In this document: positions 26,594 to 39,255 of the stretch, in pieces | Numbering within the stretch: position 1 is the stretch's first letter | How the letters are laid out: each line of letters opens with the position of its first letter | Origin: Phoronis australis | Taxonomy: Eukaryota > Animalia > Phoronida | Assembly: GCA_002633005.1 (NCBI GenBank) | Contig: NMRA01000062.1 | Coordinates: 605,981-669,980 of the forward strand | Length of the DNA: 64,000 nucleotides | Reading direction: 5' to 3' | Notes under the pieces: model-generated | Database searches by the model: none | The model's input: only the letters and a program-made list of their open reading frames with translations | Told to the model about the DNA's origin: nothing | Made by a program: the position numbers and the translations under genes

Positions 26594-27169
26594 GGGGGGG
26601 GGCAAGGGGCCATGCCACCCCTAAAATTCTCCAAGATTCCATTTGGCAGTATGGGAGTGCGAATGTCTGACGGGCAAAATCCTGGCTAACTCTGCCCAGT
26701 CTGTCACTCCCCCTCAAAATCCTGGATCCGCCCTCCACCAAAACTGACACATGCAACTGTTCACATTACAGGGTGCAAAGTGTTTTCCCTGCTACTACAG
26801 AATACTACAGAATACTACAGAAACTTAGCCTAATCATTTTGTGTAAAGGCATTTACTGGTGCAAAGTCTCACACCTGGGGCACAGCCAAGGAAGACCAAG
26901 TCCCAGACATAAGACAGTCTGAGGTCCTGGTCAGACTATATTTAGTAAACCAGAAAAGGAACCAGATGTCCCCAGACACTGTCTGGCTAGAAAATTAACC
27001 ACAGGCTTGATGATTTATACATTGGGAGAGTTGAACAGGAAACCTGCACAGTTTCACAGGGTGAGTCACATTGTCCCAGTGCCAGCCAGGTGTAAGTTTA
27101 AGATATCTTCCATCAAACATTACACACTTAGACCATTAATCTCAATGAATTTGAGTCGAATTGATCCTT

Positions 27170-27500
27170 ACTCATATAATGCACTTCTTAATTTTACACT
27201 ATTATAATAACTAGTGCATGTCTTGAATGACAAATAGCGAACTTCTTTCACAACAAGTAGTGCACTTCTTAATCTTACACAATCATAATAAATAGTGCAG
27301 GTCTTCAACGACAAATAATGAACTTCCTTCACAACATACAGTGCACTTCTTACGCTACAAATAGTGCACTTTTAGACTGCAAATAGGGCATTTACTACAC
27401 TACAAATAGTGCATTGTTTACATTACAGGAAATGCATTTATTACTCTATAACTAGTGCACTTCTTACACTACATATAAAAAGCACTTCTTGCACTACAAA
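27170..27500. repeat. Degenerate minisatellite (tagtgcacttcttacactacaaa-like units)
   Basis: Recurrent tagtgca(c/t) cores at roughly 20-30 bp spacing. Confidence 0.7.
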
Positions 27501-28250
27501 AATCTGATTTCTGTAACTTCCGCTTGACGTCCATAAATCTGAAAAGCATTCGTACAGCTCCAATATGCATGCGCTGGACAGTCTTTGTGAAATTCAGAGT
27601 CAACCAAATTCAGTGTAGTCCAGATACTGTTCATTCAGTTTCCTGATTGAGTTTAGATAGCTTTTTAACATTCTGACCTCATTAATGCGTAACGCACAGA
27701 CATTAACGCCTATGTAATCAATTTTCTTGAATGCCTTATTAATTAAGGAAACCGCATTAACACGGTTAGAAGAATAATTACACCTCAATTACAGTAATGC
27801 TAGTTAACTAATTATTAGCATTCCACTTTGAACTATAGCAAATGATCATTTGAAAGCTCAAATGACATCATGGAGTCTAAGTACTGTAATAAAGCTTTAG
27901 GAACCAATGGTATTATTTCCATAAAACATACTTCCTGACTGCACACTGTAGTGGAGTTCCTGACCAGTGAAACAGTCAACATTTGAAGCCATAGTATGCG
28001 GAAGATGACCACTATTGATGATGAACCAAGTGTGCATGATTACCTAGCACTATGGGTATGATTGATTGAATGGTTAACTGGTCATGCGATTGTTTGGTAC
28101 CATTGGATTTGAAGAGTCATCGAATTCTTAATGGTACCTTAAACACTGGTCTCAAAAGTTACCTGGCAGAGATAGCAATTGATTTCCACCATAGGGTTCA
28201 CATCTAACATGGCCCTCAATTCGTTCCAATGACATCACTAGGCCACCTAC

Positions 28251-28444
28251 CCCAAAGCTTGACATTCGGTGAAGAGATCGCCTCGGCCCCACTGCGTCAA
28301 TGTAGCTTCCTTCAGATTTCGGCCGGTCGGACCGCGACAATGACCGTACACCATGACTGGTTTGAGATAGGTCAAGCCCAGCCTCGGATAACATGTCACC
28401 AGTTGAGTAGTGTCTTCTCACTGCATCATGCTGCTTCAGAGATT
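28251..28444 (-). CDS. CDK14: CDK14 N-terminal extension exon (KSLKQHDAVRRHYSTGDMLSEAG...RPKSEGSYIDAVGPRRSLHRMSSFG)
   Basis: ttggtttcag| ... GGG|gtaggt; 194 nt, phase 1/0, open frame. Joins to give RMSSFG-LGSPFGK; VRRH and RPKSE motifs recalled from CDK14/Eip63E. Confidence 0.85.
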
Positions 28445-29762
28445 CTGAAACCAATGCAACAGTAAGTAAGCACCAACTCACATTTGATCACTTGGGGTCT
28501 GGTTATCACATGACCACCAGATCCAGGCAAGTTTTGCTGTTTCCACTTAAGGACCACAGTAAGGGTGCAGAAACAATTCAAGGTTTAAACCCATTGATAC
28601 TCTGGCCAGACACTGAAGTCCAAGGTTAGGTTTCCCACCCTAATGGCCCTTGAAACTGGCAGGGCCCACGGTGTTGTTATGTAGCTTAAGGTACAAGGAA
28701 ATTGTATCTGTCAACTGCTTGCCAAAAATGAATACATTAACTTTAATACAAATATATCCAGTTTATGTGAAAGAGTGGGTTTCAAAATACAGAATGTGTT
28801 TAGTAAAATAAGCCTTAATCCCTATGAGCCAGTCTTTTGACCAGCATGAAATGCACTGATTTCAAGCCAACTATCTACAAGCTTTCAAGCAATTACTACT
28901 GAAGTCATTGCTGATGAGATTATTGCTCAGCTTCACACAAGAGGAACATGGACCAGCATTCATGATAATGCCCTGGGATGAGGCTGGATGCATCTGTTGA
29001 CAAAGGACAAGGGAAATGGGGACTGAAAGGGGATGATTTTTCTCATGTTCAAACGCGACTTGAAAAATGAAATTTTCCTTAATTTTAAGATTCAATTTCC
29101 ACGAATTTTCTGTAGGATTTCAGTTCGCTTTATTTCTTAAGAATTCCACCATGCATATGTCACTTTCCATTTGTGGAAACCAAAGATGTCTATTTTGTTA
29201 ACGCCGACCAGGGTTGCATTCCAAACAATCTTGTGAAAATGCAAAATCACGCGACTATTTTGAGATATTGCCATGCATTAGCAGCAAAGTACGTGATCAC
29301 ATTAACTTTTCTCGGGAGTCTCTTAAGCCTACAGAACATAATCCAGGGATCAAATGTTGAGACAGACCCCTTAATCCACAGGAATGAAGCACCAACGAGT
29401 AGCTTTTTCCGCACTGAAATGTGCTCATATTCAATGTGCACAACTGCCTAATCAACGCGCAGTATTTAAGTTATTCGACACACAAAATTGGTGATTCAAC
29501 GCGTACTTTTAATTAGTTGGGACATGTTTCATCTGCGCTGACCCCTCTCAGCAGTGCATACCAACTTAAAGCTCTTCTTCGATTGGCTGTAATGCAATGC
29601 GCGTTGAATAACTAATTCTATGTGTTAATTAAGCAATTCTACGCATTATATAACCAATTCTGCACGTTAGTGCAGAAAGATAACCGTTTACGAACCAATT
29701 CTGCGAGGAGAATACCGTGTTCATTCTGCACGTTGGTAAAGCCAACTGTGCGCGTTGATTGA

Positions 29763-30191
29763 AGATGCTATGTCTCATTAAGTTGTGAATATGCAAATGA
29801 AGTACTAGTTTACAAACAACCCCCAGGTCTTCTGGTATGCCTGAAATCATCTGAGAACATGTTATTATTACAATCTAGCGAACATCTCTTTTGTGAGACT
29901 TTTTATGTAAATGAGCATGGTAATATGTCATCGTTACCCTAATGAAACAAGGGACGGTTTTTAATATTTGTTCATTTCACTATCAAATAACGATTGCGTA
30001 ATATTTGGAATTACTAGGGTTTTCTACATGTTCACACTTGTTTTGAGTGTATCAGTTACGGTGTTTTCTTGAAAACCACAATTTATCTACAAATTGTTAT
30101 TTTTCCTGATTATACTACAGTTCTCCAGGAAGTCACAAGGTGGTGCTTCTGCATATTTAAAAATTCACGGTTTTAGTGAGACATGGCATCT
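29763..30191. mobile_element. Kolobok-like MITE
   Basis: TIR AGATGC(T/C)ATGTCTCA; flanks ttga/ttaa, consistent with a mutated TTAA TSD. Confidence 0.55.
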
Positions 30192-30928
30192 TTAAGCGAC
30201 TGTGTATGTTGAATGGGCAGATTTCAACGTGCAAATAAGTACTCATTTGAAAACCCTTTGGCACTTCATACAGGGCAGACTCTGCATGCAGTCCAGTCAC
30301 TTAAATCCACAAGACAAACTCTCCTACCACTACCAATGAAGATCAGAAAACGATTCAAACCAGACTGGTCAGCCTAAGTGAATTTGTAGCTGGTGCATTG
30401 GATTGTTTCCTGGCCCTGAGATTGCTTTAATGCAGTTCAAGAAAGAAGTTAAAAGGTCAGCCAGATTAAATCATTTGATAATTACACAATCCAAGCACAC
30501 TCACATTCACATGTTACAGACTGGATTTGTTCACAGCTTGCCCTGAGGCAAAACCAAACTCCTTCAGCCAATTAGGGAAGTCCTCTTATGATAAGCACAG
30601 AGATGTTGCCTTAATCATGAGAAATTGAAAAGGAAATCAAGCACAACATAACAAATCCCAGTGTTGCAAATGGAAGGATAATCTAATTGCACCAACTTCA
30701 GGAAGGGGGGTAGGGGCTGAGCTTAGGATCCTGTTTTAAGTGAAGTCAAGCAAAGGTATGGAAATAACAGATGTTTCAAGTGTGTGTGTGTGGGGGGGGG
30801 GCATTTCGATAAGTAAAAGCTTGCCATGGATAGAATCCCTAGGTTGGATCAGCAGTTGACTACTTTTATTTCTTTCGCAATGTTTGTCATGACTTCGACA
30901 AAGCTTAGGTAATGTTTGTAGTTAACTT

Positions 30929-31335
30929 CAGATACTACCAGGTATAGCCAGGTACTACCACGTGTTACCGAGTACAGACATGTGCTACCAGGTACAACCA
31001 GGTGCTACAGGGTACAACCAGGTGCTCCAGCGAACAACCAGGTGCTACAAGGTACAACAAGGTGCTACAGGGTACAGCCAGGTGCTCCAAGGTGCTGAAA
31101 GGTACAACCGCGTGCTACTATGCACAACCAGGTGCTACTATGCACAACCAGGTGCTACCAGGTACAACCATGCGCAACCTGGAACAACCAAGTGCTACTA
31201 GACACAACCAGGTGCTACCAGGTACAACAAGGTGCTACCAGGTACAGCGGGGTGCTACTAGGTTACCAACCAGGTGCTCCTAAATACAACCAAGTGCTAC
31301 CAGGTACAACCAGGTGCTATAAGATAGCACCAAGT
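30929..31335. repeat. 10-bp-unit minisatellite (CCAGGTACAA / CCAGGTGCTA)
   Basis: About 40 alternating decamers; explains the three overlapping pseudo-ORFs at 30962-31473. Confidence 0.92.
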
Positions 31336-31615
31336 CCACCTAGCATTGATAAAAGTATCAACTTTTTGTTTCAATTGCAACAAGGTCCTTATAGGTTTCG
31401 GCAAAAGCAACTAGGCGCAAATTTAATGACACGTTCTGTCGGCAAGTTCTGGGCATTTAACATTTTCTACTAGTTTGTTATTTTAGAACCTCCTATATGA
31501 TAATCAGTTTGACCACCTGTGATGTTATTCTTGAAAAATCCGTATTTATTTACAAGTAATTAGTGTTGTTACACAGTCCGCAGATGATGGGATTTTACTT
31601 AATACCTTCAATAAG

Positions 31616-32117
31616 CAGGGCTTGGAATGACCAATGAAAAAAAACGCGGAAACTTTTACGGCCCAAATCATGCTTGATAACCAGCCTTTGAAATGGTCAA
31701 TGTGAACCTTTCCGCGACAAAAACCGGGAGGACTAAAAAAAAAAAATGACACCACCATCAGTAGCATGCGTCTGCGTCCTTTTCGCTCGCACGTCCACTC
31801 CCAACCCACACAATTTTGGCTGCAGAGCGGTAGTATTTGTCGCCGCGCTTAACAATAACACGAGCCGCCATTGAAAATCACACCACGCTTTACCCAGATG
31901 CCCCGGCAATGTTGACAATTTACGTTCCTCCGAAACATAAAGAACAACTTCCGCTTTCCGAGGTGAACATCGTCTGCAACGCCGTGGTAAGAAAGGAATT
32001 TGCCGCGGAAATTTCATATCAAATCCGATCTTTTTACGCGGAAATATTATAAAAAAAGCCGAAAGCACATTTCAAAAAAGCGGAAATCCGCGTTTCCGCG
32101 GAAAATTCCAAGCCCTG
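31616..32117. mobile_element. hAT-like MITE (502 bp) with 6-bp TSD
   Basis: TIR CAGGGCTTGGAAT; aataag duplicated at 31610-31615 and 32118-32123; subterminal gcggaa repeats; CpG-rich. Confidence 0.8.
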
Positions 32118-32423
32118 AATAAGACAAAGCTTAACTTTGAATTTATGATAGGTTTCACATGCCTAATTACTTTGAGTAACAACATACAGCACCTTCAGTG
32201 AGATCAGAGGGAATGTTAACAATACAACCTGTAAATAATCTGGGTGGGAATCAAGTTACACATAGGAGAGACACAGAACAGACAGGGTTTTCAGGTTTAC
32301 ATAAAAATAACATTCTAATGACGTAGTTCACGACAAAAACATGGAAACTTCTCACAAACGAAAGTGACTAATCATTTTCACGTGCCTAAAAGCTTGTGAG
32401 AAGTAAAATCTTGCACAACTTAC

Positions 32424-32535
32424 TGGACTTCTTCGACCTTGACTTGTTACGAGTCATCCGGCTGAGGGGCCCGGACTCATTGAGGAGGTCACCGGTACTA
32501 TTGCTAACAGTGTGGGAGAAACCATTGTAGCAGCT
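32424..32535 (-). CDS. CDK14: CDK14 N-terminal exon (SCYNGFSHTVSNSTGDLLNESGPLSRMTRNKSRSKKS)
   Basis: ttcattttcag| ... TCCA|gtaagt; 112 nt, phase 0/1 fits both neighbours; GC-rich and stop-free in that frame. Confidence 0.75.
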
Positions 32536-33709
32536 CTGAAAATGAAGTGTCTACCTATAAATGTGGTGCAAATAAGAACCAAGTGAAGATGAACGAAACG
32601 GAAGTCTTTCAAACACATGGACTGCGGTTTACAGAAAATTCTTCTTGAAGCAACAAATGTCTCACGAGTCTTCTCAACAGAAATAAAGATTGAAACAGTT
32701 TACCTCAATTTCGTTTAAAACACAGGATATTAATTGTAACCCTGCTGAAATGAACACAGTTTGAGATGTTGTCTCTAGCTGAGCTATGAGGTACAAAGCA
32801 ATACTAGGGATAAACTAGAATTTTCTAAACGTTTTGGTTTGGACAGACGATAAATAAAATATTCTGTACAAGTCCCTAAACAAGTACAGAATTCTTGTAG
32901 ATCAGTAACGTGGAAGAAACACAATTTTGAAATTCAACAATTGTTTAAATTTGAAAAGGCATACCAAAATTTTAAATCACATTTTTAAGAACCCAAACAA
33001 AGTTATTGTAAAACGCTAATAATCTTTGACAGTTGAAACAAAACATAATTTTTAGCAAAAGTCTAATCGCAAGCGCATATGTGACATATTCATATCCAGC
33101 ATATCAGTTTATTCCAAACAAACCATTTTCAGGGAGCAGTAGTGGGACAAGGAAAATCACGTAATATTTGAGAATGGTTACTATGATCAATGCGATGGCG
33201 TAACTTAATGGTCAGCCCACGCAGTCCAGTATTGGCAAAAATCAGGATGATACACTTAGAAGAGTAGGCTTTTAGCAGTAATGCCCTTGTGATCTACGTT
33301 ATGTAGAAGACACCTTTTCGATTTTTGAACATCCTAACAATGCCAAATCTTTTCTTAGATGAACACTTCATGTGAGAGCATAAAATAAACTATAGAATCT
33401 AAACAAGATAATTGTATCAGTTTCCGAGATGTATTAGTTCGTCATAATGAATCTAGCTCATTGTCCACCTGGCGTATAGAAAACCAACTTATACAGGCTT
33501 ATATCTTAAGTGGGATAGTTTTGTTCCTAAAAACATAAAGTAGGATTGGTGAACACACTTATAAATCGTGTTTTCACAATATGTAGTAACTCGGATCGGT
33601 TTGATTAACAGTTCATTGAAAATGCTCTGGTTAGAAATCGCTATCCTAAACTTTTTTCAAGTCCTGTGTTGATAGATTCTGAGGCAATAGGAATATCGTT
33701 AGTCTTGTT

Positions 33710-33711
<2 letters not shown>

Positions 33712-33767
<56 letters not shown>

Positions 33768-34260
33768 TTTATTGTACATCGTAGGCTTTGCCTACTCATA
33801 CATAAATAGATAAATTCAAACGTATATTCAGAATATTTACACGGAGAGCAGTTCTTCTCTTAAAGTCATAGCCTTCTGAATATACAATGCGAGGCGCTGG
33901 ATGCTGTCATGATTTTTCTGTTGGAACAACCAAACAAGAGAATAGTTAACATTGACAAGCTCTGGAAGATTTCTTCTAAGGTCTCCAAGAACAGGGCATC
34001 GACACATGAAATGAGGCTCATCTTCAATTTTACCCAGACAGCATATACTGCATATTCTCTCACCTCTAGGAATACCCATATGTCTCCCTTTCTCTATATT
34101 AAGTGAGTGACCTGAACACCGAAAATGCGCAAGTATTTTTCTCGAATAAGCGCTTAAACAATTCACATATTGCTCGCTGACAAGATCACGTTTAATAAGA
34201 CTATAAAAAATTCATATTTATTTGAGCTACCTATTTCCAGTTGCCATTTATTGACAACAA
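33712..34260 (-). mobile_element. 5'-truncated LINE 3' end (RTE-X/CR1-group-like) with (ATT)n tail
   Basis: ORF 33837-34166 has the L.IE.GR...P..ER.C..C....IEDE.HF...C zinc-knuckle C-terminus of non-LTR ORF2, followed by AATAAAC and ~18 ATT repeats (33712-33766). Confidence 0.85.
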
Positions 34261-35606
34261 TGATCAACAAAAATGTTTTTGAATCTACCATACTTGGGTA
34301 ACAACAGTGCTATTTTGAGTAGACAGATGGGCAGAATGCTTTTGTCATTGTGTTAAGCTGTTCACAATATTCTAGCCTAACAACATACTTGGTTCACTAT
34401 CCAAACTTAAATCACCATTATCGACTTTGCAAAAAAGTCATGTAGTATACCAGATTAATTGTAAGGATTGTGAACAATTTTATATTGGTATGACTAACAG
34501 AATTTTGTGTTAGTGGAGTGAAAGAACATTCCAAAGATAATCATAGTGCTGTCCTAAACATTCATTAGAGACTGGTCATAATTTTGTTTATTCTGATGTG
34601 AGTGCCCCTGACTCAAGAAAACCACTGCATGAGATTGCTTATAAAGGATGCTATTCACACCAGGGAGAAACATGCTGAGGGTTACCTAAACAGGAACATT
34701 GTAACTTACAATCTCCAGCTGTGGTGATTGGTGTTGTCCTGTTCCCAGCATATTTCTCTCACTATGCATTGTGATGTGATTCTGAGCAGTGTGACTATAT
34801 TTGTTTGATTTGATTCCATGCTACTACTTCTCCCTGAAGATGGTTTGTTCGGAATAAACCGAAATAATGGATATGAATACGTCAATCTTCATGTATGCGC
34901 TTGCGGTTAGACTTTTGCTAATATTTTGGCCAAAAAGCAACATTGTTAAAATTTTAATTATGCCATACTCAACCCGATTAACATTACTAAATTCAATCAT
35001 TTCACATCTCCAAGACATTCTCCTGTACTGATAAGAGTGAGCCCTCTGCTGCCCGATCACGGCAAGCTACCATTGAAACTGTCCATTACTTGAAGACGAA
35101 AGAATTGCGGCATATAAAGGGAGTCCCAAAGATGTTTGCAGACTTCAAATGGCAATAACTGCATTGTTAATGACTCAAGAACAAGAGTTGAGATGTCTGT
35201 GGCTTAAATCCATAAAGAAGTAGGGCGCTCCCTCACTTTAAGGAAAGGTACATTTGCCTAGTGAAAAAGGGCCCATTCATTACCACAAATTCACCAATTC
35301 ACCCCTACTTCCAGTTATAACCCTTATCTGCACATCCCCAGGTTATCAAACCTTGATGGGAGTTTTTTTTAGTCATTGGATGGGATTTTTTGGGCCTGAT
35401 AAGGTAAATTCTGTATCTTTAAATACTTGCAGTAGCAAAATGGGGAAGTGGGCAACAAGGTCTGCCCCAAAGAAACAAAATTTCCGAAAAAAGTAGAGAC
35501 AAAAGTCCACTAAAAAGGCAGGAACTACCAAAATTCGGCAAATGCACAATTCATAGCTCTGAACATACTCCGTGAATCTTAGTATAAGGTCCAGTCACTC
35601 CCAAAA

Positions 35607-38177
35607 ATTCAAGCCCCCCATTTTTGGGCCGGGCACACGCATGTCACGCACCTACTTTCACAACAGAGTCTGATCCACGAGAACTGAATTTGAACCCTAG
35701 GTGATATACTGAAGTGCGAGTACATTTTTGGGACACCTGATATTTTGGGAGCCACTACTTTCACAAAACATGGCTCTCCACAAAGATTAATAGCACATTT
35801 AAGGATGTGTTGGTCATTATAAATTGGTAGCAAGCATCAAGCAGTCCATGCCTGCATTTAAAAAAACGGCAATTTTGAAAACGTAGGGGTTGGACATTTA
35901 AAGCCCATTATGGTAGTAAATCTGGACAAGTAATGGCACAGGTTCTTATGGAGTGAATCAACACCTTAAACTGCAATTCTAAAGTGGATCAGTTTGGGAA
36001 GTTTGTATTTGCTCACAGTTGTAACCTGTGACTACATACCTCATCATCTTCATTCTCCACAATAGTGTCTTCTCTTGAAATTGCTGGAATGGAATTTAAT
36101 GTTAATTTAACATGAAGTTAATATGGATTAAATACCACGTGAATTTAATTTTAAGTTGTCAAGTGTAAGAACTGGCCGTGGCCGACTACAAGAGTAACAG
36201 CAACTCGGTGAAAAAAATGGGTACCTCAGACGTCTTCTGTGAGTCGGCAACAGGCGGAGGATTTTCCCGTTCATACAGAACAGGGATAATTAGATTTGGA
36301 ATGATGTTTGCTATCTCATGTTTTCTATCTCACTACCATGTTTGCTAACTCACTACCCAAGGTTTAACAATTGGTCTAATAAGTTCAAACATTAATTCAC
36401 TTTGAGGACTGCTGACATAATGACCACTACAAGATTTGAATTACATATGTCCTTTCATAAGTGCACATATGGAAGTCTCTCCAGAGTTCTTCAACTAGAA
36501 AACATTTCTGAGCAGTACAGTGTGAATGTGACCAGGTAAGGATTACGTAGGTGACAGAATCCCAGCTACAGTGTACATACACAGAATATTAATTCAATTT
36601 TGCACTTAACTGCAAAACCCAGGCAAAACCTTCAGGTGTCACAATTTGCACTACAGCAAAACGGGTGTGCATGCGTGTTGGAAGAGCAGAAGAAATTCAA
36701 GCAATCTATGGTCAAGGGGACAACTAGGGAATAAAACAACTTGAGTCCTTTTTCACAGGGCTCACTGAAGATATAAAGTGACTGCCCTGAATTTGTTCCC
36801 ACTGGATGGAGAAAAAGAATGGTTGTTGATCATCAATATGCCCCCCAAAGCTCTTTCCCAGTCAACGGGTCACAGATCAAGGAGATATAATTTATGCAAT
36901 TAGTCATACTCTTGAGACTCAGGTGACTAAAACAGGACCATGTAACACATCCCTTAGGTCATGTTTAGACAATAACACACTGCAACTGACACCAGGCAAC
37001 TTACAGAAGATGATCAGTGTCAAGCAGTTGTTTACCATACAACACAACTCAGAAATAATAGCAGGAATGTGGAGAGCTCATGCACAAAGATGCAAATTGC
37101 AAAAGTCACAGATAATTACTCGTTGTTGTTGATTGTTTTTAAGGTGCTTCTAATTCCCCCAAGTGAATGTAATTTGTGACATTGAGCTTTGTTCCAATGA
37201 CTTTTTTTTGATCATCTGAACGCTTTCATCAGTAGGCCTACTATACATTACGTACATTTGAACTGAACCCAGTCTCAACTGTTAACTGTGTGTAATATTA
37301 TGACAATTCCCTAACAATTAAAATAAATGGTGGTCAATGTCATAAGTTAGATGACAAGGCACTGAACAGCTGACTAACAAATCGTAAAAACATGTATGTA
37401 CGTATGTGCGTAATTTTGCGATCCCTTTCGCCAAGCCCCTGAGTTTTGGGCTTTAATGACATATAGTTGACACGGAGCAAGATGGTCAGTCAGTGGAGCA
37501 AGATGGTCAGTGTGCAAGAATGCTGTACCTCACAAAGGGGTGACAACTTTTGTTACCCTTGGTGTCAATATGATCCCTGTCAGTCCTGTTTATGCAGATA
37601 CTGGCCCTAAATCATCTCATTCCTGTCAGCTGATCTATGTCAACTTTTGTAGTGCTAGCGACAACAGAGACAACTTTTTGACACCACAGCAAAATCGGAA
37701 GTCACTTACAATTACAACTCTGAATTTTCCCAATCGCAAACAGATTATGCAGAATGGTAACATGCAGAACATCAGAGTGAAATGTAGGAAGAAATAACAT
37801 AAGATATTTTTTTGACGGCCAACAAAAACAATCGAGCTGAGCTGCAACGTCGGAAATCGAATCAAGTCCAGGGAAACAGATCTAGGGGCACGCCCAATTT
37901 TGGGATGATCAGCGTAACTAAGTCTCGGAGCTTTTATGACTCGGGTGCCGAAGACTCTCCTTAGAATATTAATTGAACTCAATTGTAGATAGGTGAAATG
38001 TTAACAAGAACAAAATAAAAAAAAACATTTCAAATTGATTTGAGGATAGAAGAGCTAACACCTTTGTTGGATGGCGCTTCACAAAGTTCAAATAAAGACG
38101 AACATTTAATAAACTTCTTTTTAAGTTTTCAGGAAAAAATGAGAAATGTGAATAAGTCAAAAATTACCAATTTAAAG
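35607..38177. repeat. 2.6-kb direct duplication, copy A
   Basis: Collinear with 39256-41781, with scattered SNPs and small indels. Confidence 0.95.
36040..36083 (-). CDS. CDK14: CDK14 44-nt exon, copy A (AISREDTIVENEDDE)
   Basis: ccattccag| ... GAG|gtatgt; phase 1/0; resembles vertebrate CDK14 ALKKDDTTFDE (recalled). Confidence 0.72.
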
Positions 38178-39254
38178 GAGAATGCCACCCGATTTAATTA
38201 GTCTTTTTTGACGTCTTAATCGGTCTATATCCACATCGCCTCGCATACGGTCGACCTTACCTTGCCAAGAAGTGTAGCATTAACCTGTGAGGAAGGTGAG
38301 AAACGACGCTAGCGACGTCAGTGGTTCATATGCAGAGTGAATGCCGCTATGTTGCGGTGCATCGCTCCCGCTTGTCCGAACTAAGCAGCTGCGAGGAAAG
38401 CGGGTATATCGTTTTTTACATTCTCGACAGTCCGAAATGCTTAGGAAGTGGCTCATGGTAGTGAAGAATGAAATGTACGCTGTAAATAGCAAGTATGAGG
38501 CGGTGTCTGCGGCCTGCAGACGTCGACAGTGCCTGACGAATGCCGGCTTACCAAATTACTCCATACGTTCCGTTGTCTGAGCTTGTTAACGGCGCCTCTG
38601 TAGTATTTCTTCATCACTGTATTCCTGTTCAAATTGATAGCCTATAAAACTTAACGATCCACCAGCGAAGTCGGGATTGCGAGTTGCCATGTTGGTGTTT
38701 ATTACTGGGCGTTCTTTTTCAAAATGAATTATTCTCACTCTAACCAATACTTATATAAAACTGAAACAAAGTCTGTCTCATTAGATGCAATTTGTAATGC
38801 CTTTGGAGTTTTCGTGAGAGCAAATGATTTGAGAAGCCAGCAATGAATAAATCACTGCCTTACGGGCTTCAGGTGCAATAAAACTAATTGACGGGACACC
38901 AAGGCTGTGTGAGCTCATGCTAATTTAGTGTTTGCTGGCAGAAACTGTTGTGAAACAACCCGATTTCCATCCCACGGCCAGGTGTTAGGGGATCTTTATT
39001 TATATTTACATTATTCAAATAATGATTGTCAATGTACAACTTCTGCCCTGACGGTGCTGTGGCCAAAGCGGAACCTGAATTCGCGGACCCCCACGAGTAA
39101 GTAGATTAGCATTTTCGTGGTAATTCACCAACATAATAACGTCCACATTACTTTGGCTCACTAGTATAGTATTTTGTTGACAGGAAGTTTAGTTTCCACT
39201 GAACTTTGGCTGGTTTATGTTCGTGATGTCTGATCAGTTTCCGAGCCACTGGCC
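38176..39254 (+). mobile_element. Kolobok-like DNA transposon left end with decayed THAP domain, cut off at an N
   Basis: Starts TTAA|AGGAGAATGCCACCC. From 38349 it reads MLRCIAPACPN*AAARKAGISFFTF, then after a frameshift EMLRKWLMVVKN (THAP C-x4-C...F..F...W pattern). Confidence 0.6.
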
Positions 39255-39255
39255 N

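Noticed and set aside
26226-26756. Long ORFs with poly-G/poly-P
   Set aside because: Artefacts of the N gap and the flanking G tracts.
28152-28250. ORF continuation beyond the CDK14 exon to a second donor near 28162
   Set aside because: That donor is phase 1 and incompatible with the next exon; the donor at 28250 gives the conserved SSFG-xSPFGK junction.
30929-31473. Repetitive Q/G/T-rich ORFs in three frames; superficial CRISPR-like periodicity
   Set aside because: 10-bp minisatellite with no unique spacers, antisense within a CDK14 intron.
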